NCBI GenBank assembly: GCA_004431415.1
Contig: QPMI01000062.1
Location: 124,001-188,000, forward strand
Direction of reading: 5' to 3'
Origin: Cyanophora paradoxa CCMP329
Taxonomy: Eukaryota > Plantae > Glaucophyta
DNA: 64,000 nt
In this document: in pieces, positions 44,355 through 57,336 of the stretch
Layout of the letters: the number at the start of each line of letters is the position of its first letter
How positions within the stretch are numbered: the first letter of the stretch is position 1
Notes under the pieces: generated by a model
What the model saw: only the letters and a program-made list of their open reading frames with translations
Told to the model about the DNA's origin: nothing
The model's database searches: none
Program-made: the position numbers and the translations under genes

Positions 44355-47300
44355 ATGGCGGCGGCGGACGCGCAGAACATCAGGGTCGCTGTGCGAGTGC
44401 GGCCGTTCAGCAAAAAGTGAGCGTCGCGCAACCTTCCCCAGCCGCGCCTTGCTGTCCTTTGTGAAACGCCGGGCCGAGCGTCTGACCGCGTCCGGCGCGC
44501 AGTGAGCAGCCCGATGACCAGCTCGTCGAAGCCCAGCCGCCTTCTCTTCAGATTCGCAACCCGGCGGCGATGGGCGAAGTCAAGAACTTCACCTTTGACT
44601 ACGTCTACGACTCGCGCTATCCCGCGCCAGGGAACGGCCTCGACCAGCAGCAGGTTCAGATCTTCACAGACCTTGGCCAGCAGGTCGTCGACAACGCATG
44701 GGCCGGTGCGCTCCTTGCACGTGTCCGCAGCCTGTTGCCGCTGAGCGGCGCTTCAGGTCTCAACAGCAGTGTCTTCGCGTACGGCCAGACGGGCTCAGGG
44801 AAGACGCATACAATGATGGGTAGCCATGACAAGGCCCGCGGTCTCATCCCTCGAATCTGTGAGGTGCGGAACGCCACCGCGTCCTGCAGCGGTTGAGCGT
44901 CCGTGCATCGAACCCGAGCGCGCAGAGCTTGTTCTGGAAGCTCGCCAACGACGCTTCGAGCGGCACTCTGAACTCCGTGGAGGTGTCCTATATGGAAATC
45001 TACAACGAAGTCATCCGGGACCTGCTCGTCCCAGTCAAGAGCACCGCGCCCGTGCGTGCCTGTGCATCGCGGCACGGAGTCAGCAAGCTGTCTGACTGTC
45101 GCCTCTCTGCAGGGCGGTCTGAAAGTGCGCGAAAACCCGACGTCGGGGCCCTTCGTGGACGGCCTGTCCAAGGTGCTGGCGAAGACGCATGAGGAGGTCT
45201 TGGACCTCATCGAGATCGGCACGAACATCCGCACCGTCGCCTCCACCGCCATGAACCAGCAGTCCTCGCGCTCCCACGCCGTCTTCACCCTCAAGCTGAC
45301 CCAGACGCGGGTTCGCGCCTTGCCGGACCGGGCGCTGTCGCCGCCCCCTTTGACTTTCACTTGTCGCGATCTCCAGGAAGAGGGTGGCAAGAAACACCAG
45401 AAGACATCCCAAGTGCGTCTCAGTTCTTGGGCCGCTGCTGCGCGCCTCCTGTAACCTTCCGCTGCAGGTGCATCTGGTCGATCTTGCTGGCAGCGAGCGC
45501 ATCGACGTGGCGTCGGCAGCAGCAGCCGCTGCCAAGAACCGCGGCACGATCGCCGGCGGCACTCAGGGGAAGAGCGCCGCTGAGATGCGGATGAAGGAGG
45601 GAGCGGCCATCAACAAGGTTCCTCCTTTTATTGGTTCTCCCTCTTCTTTTCTGATCCCCTTGGCAGTCTCTCTCGGCCCTGTCGAACGTCATCTACTCGC
45701 TGGCCGAGATGCAGTCGACCAAGAAGAAGGGTCCGCCCCGCTGCGCGCCCTCCGCCGGCGGCAGCTGACGGGGCGCGGGGGCAGACATCACGCACATCCC
45801 GTACCGCGACTCGGTGCTGACTTGGCTGCTGAAGGAGTCGCTGGGGGGCAACGCGAAGACGATCATGATCGCGACGATCAGCCCGTCGGCGGCGTGCTAC
45901 CAGGAGTCCATGAGCACGCTCCGCTACGCCGAGCGCGCCAAGAAGATCGTCAACCGCGCCATCGTCAACGAGGACTCCAACGCCAAGCTCATCCGCGAGC
46001 TCCGGTGCCGCCCCGCGCCGCCCCGCCCCGCGCCCCGCGCCCCTCACGCGCGCCCCAGCGAGGAGAACTCGCGCCTGAAGCAGCAGCTCGACGATCTAAT
46101 TAAAAATGGCACGCAGAGCATCGGCATGAGCGGTGCGTCCCGCGCCGCGCCCCCGCCCCGCGTGCCCCGCAGAGCGCCGGCGCGCAGGCCTGCTGCAGCT
46201 GAAGAACGACCTGGAGAGCAACGAGAAGCTGATGGAGGAGGCGGAGCTGTCGCCGGAGGAGCAGATGCGCCGCGCGGAGGAGCAGTCGCGCCAGAAGATG
46301 GCGCAGCTCCACAACATGGGGCTCGGCTCCCGCTCCAACATGGGGCCCCACCTGGTCCGCGCCGCGCCTCCGCGGGGGCCCGGGCCGCCTGACGCCCGGG
46401 CAGGTGAACCTGAACGAGGACCCGATGCTCTCGGAGACGCTGACCTTCGTGCTGAAGCCCGGGGCGAACAACATCGGGCGGGAGGACGCGGCGCGGACGC
46501 AGGACATCAAGCTCGCCGGCGCGTACATCCTGCACGAGCACTGCATCATCTACAACAAGGAGCGCGACGGGGGCGGCCTCGAGATCCACCCGCTCAACAA
46601 GTCCCGCACCTTCGTGAACGGGCACCTCATCACGCAGCCCGTCATGCTCGAGTACGGCTCCCGCAGTGCGCTGGCCCCGCAGCCTCCCCGCGCCCCCCGA
46701 TCCGCGCCGCCCTCCCCCTCACCGCCCCCGCAGTCGTCCTCGGCAAGAACCACGTGTTCCGCCTGGACCCGCCTGGCGCGCACAAGTACGGCCCTCCCTC
46801 CCCGCTGCACTCCCCCGCACCCCGGGCGCGGCCTGACGCGGGGGCAGCCGCGACCAGCCGGACGAGCGGGACTGGCTCTACGCGATCAACGAGCTGAACG
46901 CGGTGCAGGGCTCGCGCCTGCAGGACGAGGACGAGGGGGGCATCTCGGTGGCGACGGGCAAGCAGACCTCGATGATCGTGCAGCCGGACCCCGAGCTCGA
47001 GCGGCGCCTCAAGGAGATGGAGGAGGAGATGCACCGCCAGCAGGAGCAGGTCCGGCGCGCCAACGACGAGCGGCGCCAGCTGGAGGAGAAGATGGCCCAG
47101 GAGAAGCGCGACATGGAGCAGCGCTTCGTGCAGGAGCAGGAGAAGTACCAGAAGGGCCTCTCCGAGGTGATGGCGAACATGACGACGACGGCGACGGCGA
47201 CGGCCGCCGACTACTCGACGACGCCGAGCGACGGCTCCAAGTACAGCTTCCTGCCCCCGCGCGAGCGCCGGGAGTACATCTCGCGGATCGAGGCGGTGCG

Positions 47301-49896
47301 GCCGCTCATCCAGAAGGTGAACGCCATCTCGGTGGAGCTCAGCAAGGACGTGACCTTCGAGATCGGCATGCTCTCCGGCCCCTCGCTGGACGAGCCGGGC
47401 GGCGTCCTCCAGCCGCCCTGGGACGAGCTGCAGCGCATCGACCGCTGGCGCCCCGTCGTTCGCGTCCTCCAGAGCGTCACCCGCAAGGTCATGTACCACA
47501 TGAGCCTCGACAAGTTCCAGCGCCTCGCCCCCGAGATCGAGGCGTACCACCAGCGCATGCAGGGCGGCTCGGCCGGCGGGATGGCCGACCCCTTCGTCAA
47601 CTCGCAGGAGGACTGCTTCATCGGGCGGGCCTGGCTCTTCCTGCAGGGCCTCGCGCACCGCGTCACGATGGAGCACACGCTCCCGATCCTCGACCACGCC
47701 GGCAACAAGGTCGGGGAGCTCAACCTCACCCTCTTCCCCACCATCCCCGAGGCCGGCGACGCCAACGACGGGCCCAACAAGCGGCCCACGCCCCCCGCCA
47801 TCCTCGACATCAACGTGCCGCCCCGCCCCGCCCCGCCCCGCCCGGGCGCCCTCCCCCGCCGCCCTGACGCCGGCCGCTCGGTCCGGGCGCGCGCGCGCAG
47901 GAGGTGCTGGGCAACGCGATGAACTTCTCGCTGCGGCTGAACGCGGCGCTGCACATGCCCTCCATGTACCGCTCCGGCGTCTACTGCAAGTACCGCTTCT
48001 GGCACGAGAAGGAGGTGCACTGCACGGAGAAGTGCACGGTGCTGAACAACATCCCGCGCTTCAACTACCAGGCGAACTACAGCGTGGCGAACGTCTCGCC
48101 CGAGCTCTTCGAGTACCTCCGGACGTCGGCTATCCCGTTCGAGATCTGGGGCAAGGTCGGCGAGGCCGTCAAGTCCCTCGAGCGCTCCTGGGAGTTCTTC
48201 TTCCGCGTCGACATCGAGGAGTACCTCGGGCAGGGCGGCAAGGGCGGCGCCGGCCAGTGGGAGCCCGTGACGACCAAGGAGCAGCCGCTCGAGAAGGGCG
48301 GCTCCGTCTGCATCTACAAGCTGCGGCAGGGCGTGACGCGCCGCTTCGTGCTCTCCATCGCGCAGACGTCGGCGCCGGACGAGGACTCGGTCCTCGACCG
48401 CTGCACCTCCGTCCGCGTCGGGCGCCTGCGCCGCTGGCAGGACGGCTACAGCGAGGTCGTCAACCCCACCCACTTCCAGATCTCCCAGTTCGAGGTCAAG
48501 AAGATCGAGCCGACCGTCCCCACCGGGTGCGCCCCGCCCCGCCGCCTCCCCCGCGCCCGGGGCCCGGGGCCCGGCGGCGGCTGAGGGCGGGGGCGGCAGG
48601 CGGGAGCAGCACGAGCTGCTGCTGGTGACGCCGATGGACGCGCCGATCTTCGACCAGGAGGAGTTCAAGCGGGTCTCGCAGAAGGGCGAGGTCTTCTCGC
48701 TCACCGTCTGCGTCGACATCAAGCTCCACATCATCTCCACGCCCTACCGCTTCTCCCACGAGTTCATCTTCAAGGTCTCCCACGAGAAGGAGAAGAAGAC
48801 CGGCTTCTGGTCCGGCTGGGGTGCCTCGGACGCCCCCCGCAAGGAGACCCGCCGCCTCGACCAGATGGGCTCCCGCACCCGCATCTCCCTCGCCCCCGGC
48901 AAGGCCTCCCCCGAGGCGCAGACGGGCGGCGACATCGTCGAGCACTTCGAGCGGGACGTCGAGCGGACGATCCGGAGCGCGGAGCAGGAGTGCCTGCGGC
49001 AGCGGGCGGCCATCGCGCAGGGCCTCGAGCTGATGTTCGGGGCGGACAAGTACCGGGCGTGGGCGGCGTCGCAGCCGGAGCCGCAGCTGCCGTTCACGTC
49101 GGGGGCCATCCTCAACGACGCCGCCCGCGGCAAGCTCCCCACCGCCGACTCTTTCAAGCAGAGCAACCGCGTGGGGCCCTACCAGACGCTCTGGGCCGGC
49201 GGCGAGGACGGCACGACGCGCTCCAACAGCAACTACTCCTCCCGCGGCTCGTCGCCGCCGCGGCGGCCGCCGCCGCCGGGGAACCCGCCGCCGCCCTCGC
49301 AGCAGTCGGGGAGCGTCGGGGACGCCATCCTCGGCCTCTTCGGCTTCGGCAAGAAGGAGGAGGAGCAGGCGGCCCCGCAGCCGCCCCCGCCCCCGCAGCC
49401 GCAGCCCGGCGGCTACCGCGCCCCCGGCAGCTACGGCTCCATGGCGCCGCCCCCGCCCCGGCCGCCCCCGGAGCCGAGCCCGAGCCCGAGCCCGCCCCCG
49501 GCGGGGGAGCCGCAGAACGCGCGGGACAAGCTGGCGGCCTTCAAGGCGCGCCTGGCGGACCAGAAGAAGAGCGCGAGCTTCAGCATGGACGCCCAGGGCG
49601 CGCCGGCGCCGGGCCCCTCCGCCCCCTCAGGCGCCCCGGCGGCCCCCTCCTTCCTCGCCAAGCGCTCCGCCTTCTCCGCCGCCCCCTCCGCCCCCGCGCC
49701 GGCCTACGAGCAGCCGGCGTACCAGCAGCCGCCGGCACAGGGCGGCTACGAGCAGGCGAACCCGTACCAGCAGCGCTCGGCGGCGCCGGCGGCGGGCGGG
49801 AGCGACGAGGGCCAGTCGCAGCGGGACAAGCTGCTCGCCTTCAAGTCCAAGCTCGCCGGCCTCAAGAAGACGGCCAGCTCGGCCGACGCCCAGTGA
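44355..49896 (+). CDS. Kinesin-3 (KIF1/KIF13/KIF28-like): N-terminal motor, FHA, coiled coil, C2-like and low-complexity tail
   Basis: [102 protein letters not shown] segment: [26 protein letters not shown]. Confidence 0.95.
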
Positions 49897-50327
49897 GGCG
49901 CCCCGAAGCCCGCCCCGCCCCGCCCCGCCCCGCCCCGATCCACTCGCGCCCGCCAGCCAGAGAGCAGCTTTGCTAGGACAGCCCAGGATCCACCACCGGC
50001 CGCGAACCGAAACGCTTGGCGTGTATCGCCAGTGTCGCGCTTTTTTTTCCAACGAACCAGCTAATCTAAGCTTAAGCCTCACATCGGGGAGGGGATCGTG
50101 GGGCTGCCTAGCGGGACGGAGGCCAGTATTTCCTGCGTGGTAGGGCAAGAGAAACGAGCAATCGGAAATGCTGATATATATATGTGCGTCCATGCTCGAA
50201 TCACCGAATGTCTCGTCGACTCGATCGATCGATCGCGGGGTCTTCAGAGAGGGCGCGCGCCGCGCAGCGCCGCGGCGGCATGCTCGGCGATCGCGAGGGC
50301 CGAGCCGCGCCCGGGGCCCGGGGCCGC

Positions 50328-53165
50328 CTACTCCTCGCCCTGCTTGACGGGAGAGCCGCCGGCGGTGGCGGCGCTCGAGGAGGCCGCCGGCGAGAGGGCC
50401 AGCTGCGCCAGCGCCTTCGCCACGCCGGCCGCCGACCCCGAGGGCGCCCGCGCGGCCGCCGCGGCGCCGGCGCTCGAGGCGGCCGAGGGCGCCCCGAGAT
50501 GGGCGCCCCGGGCCCCGCCGAGGGCGCCGCGGCGATGCCGGCGGAGGGCGCCGCGGAGCCGGAGACGCGGACGGCGGCGGAGGGCGCGGCGGAGAGGGCG
50601 GAGGCGGCCGCCGAGGGCGCGGGCGTGACGGGCAGGGAGCCCGGGGGCGCCTGGAGGGCAACGGCGGGGCGGGGCGGGGGCGGGGCGGGGGCGGCCGGGG
50701 GCGCGGCGAAGGAGCCCGAGGCGGTGGGGGAGCGGGCCTGGGAGCGGCGGCGCTCCTTGAGGGCGCGCTTGCGCTCCTCCCGCTGCCGCTCCTCGATCGC
50801 GTGCTTCGCCGCCTGCGCCTCCTGCACCCGCCCCGCCGCCAGCAGCTGCCCGCCGCATCATCAGCGACGGGCCTGGCGCGGGCCGGGGCGGGGCGGGGCG
50901 CACGACGATGTCCTCGCGGAAGCGCGAGTCGGTGGGCAGCGGGTCGGTGTCCGGCGCCGCCTGCCGCCCCGTCAGCGGGCGGCGCGGGCGCAGGGGGGCG
51001 AGAGGCGGCAGGGCGTGCCCCGGGGTAGCGCAGGGTGGTCTTGATGTCCCAGACGCGCTTGCTCCCGAACTGCGGGGCGGGTCTCGGGGGCAGGTGGAGG
51101 GGGAGGCCCCGGGGCGGGCGGGCCCGCCGCGCACTTCGATGTGGGAGAGCCACGAGCCGCGCCCCTCGCTCACCACCTCCAGCTTCTTGTCCTGCGCCCG
51201 GAGGCCTCAGCAAAGGGCGCGAGGAGGAGGCGGGGCGTGGCGTGGCGGGGCGGGGCGGGGCGGCGGGCCTTGCGGAGGGGGTCGGAGGCCTCGTGGATGC
51301 TCTGGAAGGCGCCCATGCGGCCCGCCGCCGCCGCCGGCGGGTGCTTGTAGATGCGCACCTCGATCTGCGCGGCCGTGAGGCCCGCCTGGCGAGCCCGGGC
51401 TTAGGCTGGAGGTCGCGCCTCGTCGCTGGCGTGCGGCTCGCCGCGGCCGCCGAAGAGGGATCCGAAGAAGCCTGCGCGGCGTGAGGCGCGCCGCGGTGCG
51501 CCCCAGAGGGGATGGGGGCCGAGGCGGGTGCGAGCGCGGACCGCGCTCGTGGGGGTTGAATGTGACGACGGCGTCCAGCGCGTGCGTCGTGTCCCGGAAG
51601 CGCGCCTTCCTGCGCCCCCGGGCGGATCGTCCTCGGGCGGGGCGGGGCGGGGCGGGGCGGGGCGGGGCGGGGCGGGGCGGGGCGGGGCGGGCGGGGCGGG
51701 GCGGGGCGGGGCGGGCCCGACGGCGTCGAGGACGCGCTCGCCGAAGAAGAGGCCGCGGAGGACGACCGCCGGGATGTCGTACTCCACGTGCGTCCCTGCG
51801 CCCCGCGCCCGCCCCGCCCCCGCTCAGCCTTCCTGCCGCCCTCCACCCCGCCGCCCCGCGCATCGGGTCGGACCGTCGGGGAAGTCGACGCGGATGGTGC
51901 CGAAGTGCTGGATCTGCGCCCGGGCGTCGCCCCGGGGCCGCCCCGGGGCGGGGCCGGGGGCGGGCCGGTGCGGCGGGGCGTGCGGGCCTTCATCGAGTTG
52001 CCCTTGACGTTCGCGGCGAGGGTCAGGTCCCCGCTCGCCTTGAAGAGCGGGACGTTCGCCTGCCGCCAGGAGGCGCTGAGAGGGCGCGGGGCGTGCGGCC
52101 CTAGGGCGGCGGGGGGGCGGCGCGCCTCGCGGACGAGGGGCCCCGTGAGGGTGAAGCGGGAGGTGGGCGGGTGGTGCGAGACTTGCTCGCAGAAGACCCG
52201 CGAGCCGTCCGGGTAGACCCCCTTGTACCTGCGCGCCCCGCCCCGCCCCGCCTCGGGCGAGGGCAGAGCTCGAGGCCAGCCTGGCAGCGGCGGCGCGCGC
52301 GCACGTTTCGCCTGCGGCAATGCGGCCGGCAGGTCGCGTTGCGTCAGGCCCAGATTTCAAGAAATGACTCCATGCGCACCGAGGACCTGCGCGAATTCTT
52401 GCGTGAGATGGAGACTAAGGATAATAGTTGCCGCGGCCGGTGCGCACGGGGTTGAACGGCTTCTTCTGCTCCCGCATCTGCGAGCGCGGTGATGTGGGAC
52501 CAGGAGCCCCGCAATGCCCCGCAATTTTGCTCCAGTCAGGGTGACCGATCGCGCACCTCCCAATGGAGGCTCGAGATCGCAAAGGCGATGATCTAGAGTA
52601 AGGTTATCAAGCGAGCCGACACACGCACCACGCATTCCGCAGGCAACGCGCGAAACATTGGCGCACCAGCTGCAAGCGCTGCACGGGGTCGCGCTCCATA
52701 GCAGCGGCGTGCAGAAAGTCGAGGTAGACGAAGAAATCAGTCATGCGCTGCAGATGACTGCGCGGCTCAAAGAGGGCAATCGGCAGCGAGACGGAGCGCC
52801 CGAAGACATCGCCGCCTTTGATAATCTGTTCAAGGGAGTCGCGCGCGCTTTTCGAGCGCTGAGGGGATCGCTTGGCACGTTGAATGGCAGGCTCTTGATG
52901 AAATCTACGCCGACGCGCCGTTGCTGTACGCCGCGGGCGGTCAGCACGCACATGCAGGGCGCGCCCAGGGCCCGCAGTCGCGCTGCACATGTCGCCGCCG
53001 AACCTGCTTCACAAGATCGTGGTCGTGCACGATGAGCCCGCCCTTCGCTCCCTTGGCCCAGTCACTCTCCTTCGCCGCCGCTTCCAGCGCTTCGAGAGTC
53101 GTGGGGGACGAGCGTGCCGGCGCGGGGGCGGAAGGAGCGGGCGATTGCGGCGCGGTGGTGGCCAT
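50328..53165 (-). CDS. Oxysterol-binding protein family (short ORP)
   Basis: VSLPIALFEPRSHLQR, KPFNP, GET, the FCEQVSHHPP signature, GSWLSHIE, PLPTDSRFRED, AKHAIEERQREERK. Confidence 0.92.
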
Positions 53166-54111
53166 GGTGCTTCGCGCGGGCTCGGGGTGCTGCGGAAATC
53201 GGGGGGTCGCTCTTGTCGCCCTCTCGCCACGCGCGCGGACGTACGCGACAGCACGCGCACCCGCGGGGAATTGTCTTTGGATTTCTCACGTGCACGGAAC
53301 GCGCGCGCTTTCCCACTGCTCGAGCTCTGCTGCTTCACGTGCTGGGGTACGCAGGCAATTGAGACCGCTTCGCCGACTCGCGTGTTCGGTACCTGCGACC
53401 ACGGGGACATTGTTTTAAAAAAACTCTGCTCGAACTAGGAGCATTAGGGTGACAATTTTTTTCAACGCCGATCGACTCGGAGGTTGTTTTTCTCACGAAC
53501 AACCAATAGCTCGCGGTAAAAAAGTTTGAACTCGAGCTAAAAAAAGGCTTTATAGAGGACTTTCGAGGTACGAAGCAAAAAGGCCGGAAATATACTGTAC
53601 CCAAATTGGGTACCCGGAATTCTTCGGGGGACGGAAAGTGGTAGAGAGCCTCGACCTCATCAGAGAGCCTGAGAGAGGCCCGATCATCGAGAGCCGCAAC
53701 AGAGAGAGCTTCGCGGAAATATTGAGGCGTCGGCGCGCGGGGCGGCTGAGAGCAACGTTAACTTAGCGTCTATAGCTATAAGGATACCGAGTAGCTGCCA
53801 AGACTCTGAGAAGAGATCGAAAGAGAGAGAGCCTGCTCGTCGCGTGCTCGGTACCGTGCTACGGCGTACGCGCGCGTACTACGGTACAGCTGCAGCCGGC
53901 TCACGTGTGGGCGTCGTGTGCATAGCTGCGCGTACAGTCCACGCGCAGCTTCCGATGCACATCGGTTGAGCCGGATATCGATGGCGACGAGCTGCAGCTA
54001 TAGGTAGCTGCGAGCGGCATCGCGGGCGGTTACTGGTCACTCGCTTCGAGTTGTCTTCCCTAGGCCTCGGACCTGTGCGGTGTACATGTCCTTGAAGAAC
54101 GCGTACGAAGG

Positions 54112-56030
54112 ATGGAGCTCGGGGCTGAGCACGCGATGGTCTGGACGAGAACCGCGCTCGCAACAGCGAGAGCGCTGGCCGGGCAAGTCCAGCGCGTGCA
54201 GCTTGGAGGCGGCGAATCGGCGAGGTCAATCGGCATCGCGTTGCCGCTGTCGTCACTCGTCGTGTCGTGGGCCATCGTCAAGCTCGGGATGTGGTGGTTA
54301 CGCGCGGGGCGCTTCTACGTCCCTGGCATGCCCCTGCGGTCTTTCTGGGAGGTGTGCGAGTGCTGCGCGTGCCTCCCACAAACTGCGCATGCATGCGCAT
54401 GCCCGTCCATGCCTCGGGGAGGCGCTGACGCGTGCCGCGCCCCTTTCGCGCCGCGGCGCATGCGCAGCTGCTGAAGAACATGGCGAAGGGGGAGCGGCAC
54501 GCGACGGAGGCGTTCTGCCACAGCCGGCGGGTGCACGGGCCGCTGTACCAGGGGCGCTTCTTCGGCGTCTGGTTCGTCTACTGCGCCGACCCGGAGGGCA
54601 TCCGCCACATCCTCATGAACCCCGACCTCTACGAGAAGGCAAGCCCCCCACCGCCCTCGGATAACCTCTGCAAGCCCCACACCGCCCTCGGATAATCTCT
54701 GCAAGCCCCCCACCGCCCTCCGATCATTTCTGCAAGCCCCCCACTGCCCTCCGATTATTTCTGCAACTCGCAAGCCCCCCGCTACCCTTGGATTATCCCT
54801 GCCCTGCGAGCCCTCCCCGTGGCCTCGACTCCTCGAGGTCTGGCCATGTCCCCTCTGACGTCGGCCCCTCTCTCTGGATGCGCGCAGGCCGCCAGCATGA
54901 ACCCACCGTGGGCCACGCGCCCCGCCCCTCTGATGACCCCTCTGCATGGAAAATCCAAGTCTCACGCGCCGTACGCGGGCAGGCTGGCGAGGTCCTTCCT
55001 GGGGCAGAACGTCCTCTTTGCGAACGGCGAGGACTGGCGCCGGCAGCGCCGCCACATGAACGGCGCGCGCCCCCGCCGGGCGCCCCAACGAGCCCCGCCC
55101 CCCTCGTGCGCCCTCGGCTGAGGCGGGGCACGCGCAGGGGCGTTCGCGTTTGACGCGCTGCGGCCGCTGGTGCCGACGTTCGTGCGGTACGGGGAGCAGC
55201 TGTGCGAGCACCTGGCGGGGCTCGCGGGGGCGCCCGTGGCCGCCCAGGGCCTCCTCCAGCGCGTCGCCATCGACGCCCTCGGCGCCGCCGCCTTCGGGCG
55301 CGACTTCGGCGCCCTCGAGAACCGCGAGGACGGGCCCCTCACCGCCTACAAGTCCGTCCCGCCCGCCCCGCCCCGCCTCTCCGGGCCTTACCGTACGCGT
55401 TTCGAACGCCAGCTTGGTGATGGACAACTCGAGTGCGCGCGCCGGGCCGCCGGGCAGGCGGGCCCCGGAGCTGACGCGGGCCGCCGCCCCGCCCCGCCGC
55501 AGCGACGGTGTGGCGCTTCGTGTTCCCGTTCGTGGACGCGCTGCCGCTGCCGTCGAACTTTGCCATCCGGCGCGCCATGCGCGAGGTCCGCGCCATGCTC
55601 GACCAGCGCATCGCCGCCTGCCGCGCCGCCCGCGCCGCGTGCGTCCCGCCCCGGCCCCCAGCCTTTGTACCGGGGCCGAGAGGGGGGCGGGGGCAGGCGG
55701 GAGGGGGGGCGGGCGCCGTCGAACCTGCTGGAAATGCTTGTGGCGGCGAACGAGCGGGGCAAGGAGGCCCTCTCCGACGGCGAGCTCCGCGACAACCTGG
55801 CCCGCCCCGCCCCGCCCCGCCCCGCGCCCCCGGCCCCGCCCCGCCCCTCACCCCGCCCCCAGCTCGTCTTCATGCTCGCCGGGCACGAAACAACCGGTAG
55901 CCCCGCCCCCTTGAGTCCCCTCCCGCCTCGCGCCCCGGCCCTCGTGACCGCGCGGGCGGCCGCGGGTCAGCGGTGGCGCTGAGCTACGCGCTCTACGAGC
56001 TCGCGAGGCACCCCGAGATCCAGGCGCGCC

Positions 56031-56063
<33 letters not shown>

Positions 56064-56884
56064 GGCCCCGTGCCGGAGCGTGAGGCGCGACGCAGGAGCG
56101 GGCGCGGGCGGAGGTGGAGGAGGTGCTGGGGGCGGGCCCCGCGCGGCGCTCGCCGACGCTGGAGGACCTCAACCGCCTCGCCTACTGCACCCGCCTCATC
56201 AAGGAGGGCGCGCCCCGGCCCCCGCCCCGCTCGCCTTCCCCCCGGGCGCCGCCGCTCACGCTGCCCCAGCGATGCGCATGTACCCCCCGGTGTTCTCGGT
56301 CCCCTACCGCATCCTGCGTGAGGACGACGTCCTAATGGGGTACCGCCTCAAGAAGGGGGTGCGCGCGCCCGGCCCCCTCGATGCCCCCGACCGCCTCGCC
56401 CCGACCGCTAGCGCTCGCGCGTGCAGTGCCTGGTGTCGATCCCGGCGTACGCGGTGCACCACGACCCGGAGCTGTGGCCCAACCCGGGCACCTTCGACCC
56501 CGACCGCTTCCTCCCCGAGCGCTCCCTCGGCCGCCACCCCTTCGCCTACATCCCGTCCGCCCGCCCCACCCCGCCCCCGCCCGTGCTCTCTGGCGAGCTG
56601 CTGATCATGAGTGGCGGGGGCGTGCAGGTTCCTGGCGGGCCCGCGGACGTGCATCGGGAACAACTTCAGCATGCTCGAGCAGCGCGCCATCCTCGCCCTC
56701 CTCCTCTCCCGCTTCGACGTCCGGCTGCCTCCGGGCGCCCCGCCCCTCAAGTTCGACGTCCGCACCTCTCCCGCCCTTCCCTCCCCCGGCCCCCATCCCC
56801 TAATGCGCTACCCCCCCGCAGCGGCGGAGCGTGATCATCCTGAAGGCGGAGGCACTGGACCTCGTCTTCACGCCCCGCGCCTGA
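54112..56884 (+). CDS. Cytochrome P450 (membrane-anchored)
   Basis: TM segment; [10 protein letters not shown]; I-helix FMLAGHETT; EXXR (KE|AMR); FDPDRF; heme motif P|[10 protein letters not shown]. Stop at 56882-56884. Confidence 0.93.
54639..54800 (+). repeat. 31-bp intronic minisatellite (5 copies) starting at a GC splice donor
   Basis: Consensus gcaagccccccaccgccctc(g/c)gat(a/t)at(c/t)tct at 54639, 54670, 54701, 54732 and ~54769. Confidence 0.9.
56033..56061. repeat. (CT)n microsatellite in a P450 intron
   Basis: About 14 CT units. Confidence 0.9.
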
Positions 56885-57336
56885 GGCCCCGGGCACCGCC
56901 GCCGGTCCCTCCCCCGCACTCCGGGCCGCCCTCGCACCTAGCCCTCGAGCCCAGCTGCAGCCGGCGGCCCAAACGTTAACCCGAATATGCATCACACTTC
57001 CGGCCCTAGGCCTCCGGCCGCGGCCGCCGCGGCGCGGCTGGCCCCTCGAATCCGTCGATCCGTTGCTGGTCCTTCGCGATGTGCCGGACGCACGCGTACG
57101 CAGTGACGTCGACCGGGCCGGGGCACTTATTATCATATAATTATGTTTGCAACTAAGTTAGCTATATGCGCTAGGATGACAGTCAACGTATGAGTTTTTT
57201 TACCGTAGCATTTCTTAAGCTTAATGCCTAGCCTGCAGCTGCAGCTGCAGCGAGCTATAGCTAGTAGCTTTATATAATTAAGCTTGCAATTGAGCTTAGT
57301 CTGAGTTCGAAATTCAACTTTGGATCATGATCAGTT

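Noticed and set aside
25900-49896. Cytoskeletal/ciliary cluster (two kinesins, profilin-like, CFAP418)
   Set aside because: These families are large and common, so co-location cannot be distinguished from chance in one window.
54639-54800. 31-bp repeats as a CRISPR array
   Set aside because: Head-to-tail units with no unique spacers, no cas genes, and located in a eukaryotic intron.
11266-56884. hemC + ribA + P450 as a heme/flavin cofactor gene cluster
   Set aside because: The genes are separated by many unrelated genes, with no shared motif or other sign of co-regulation.
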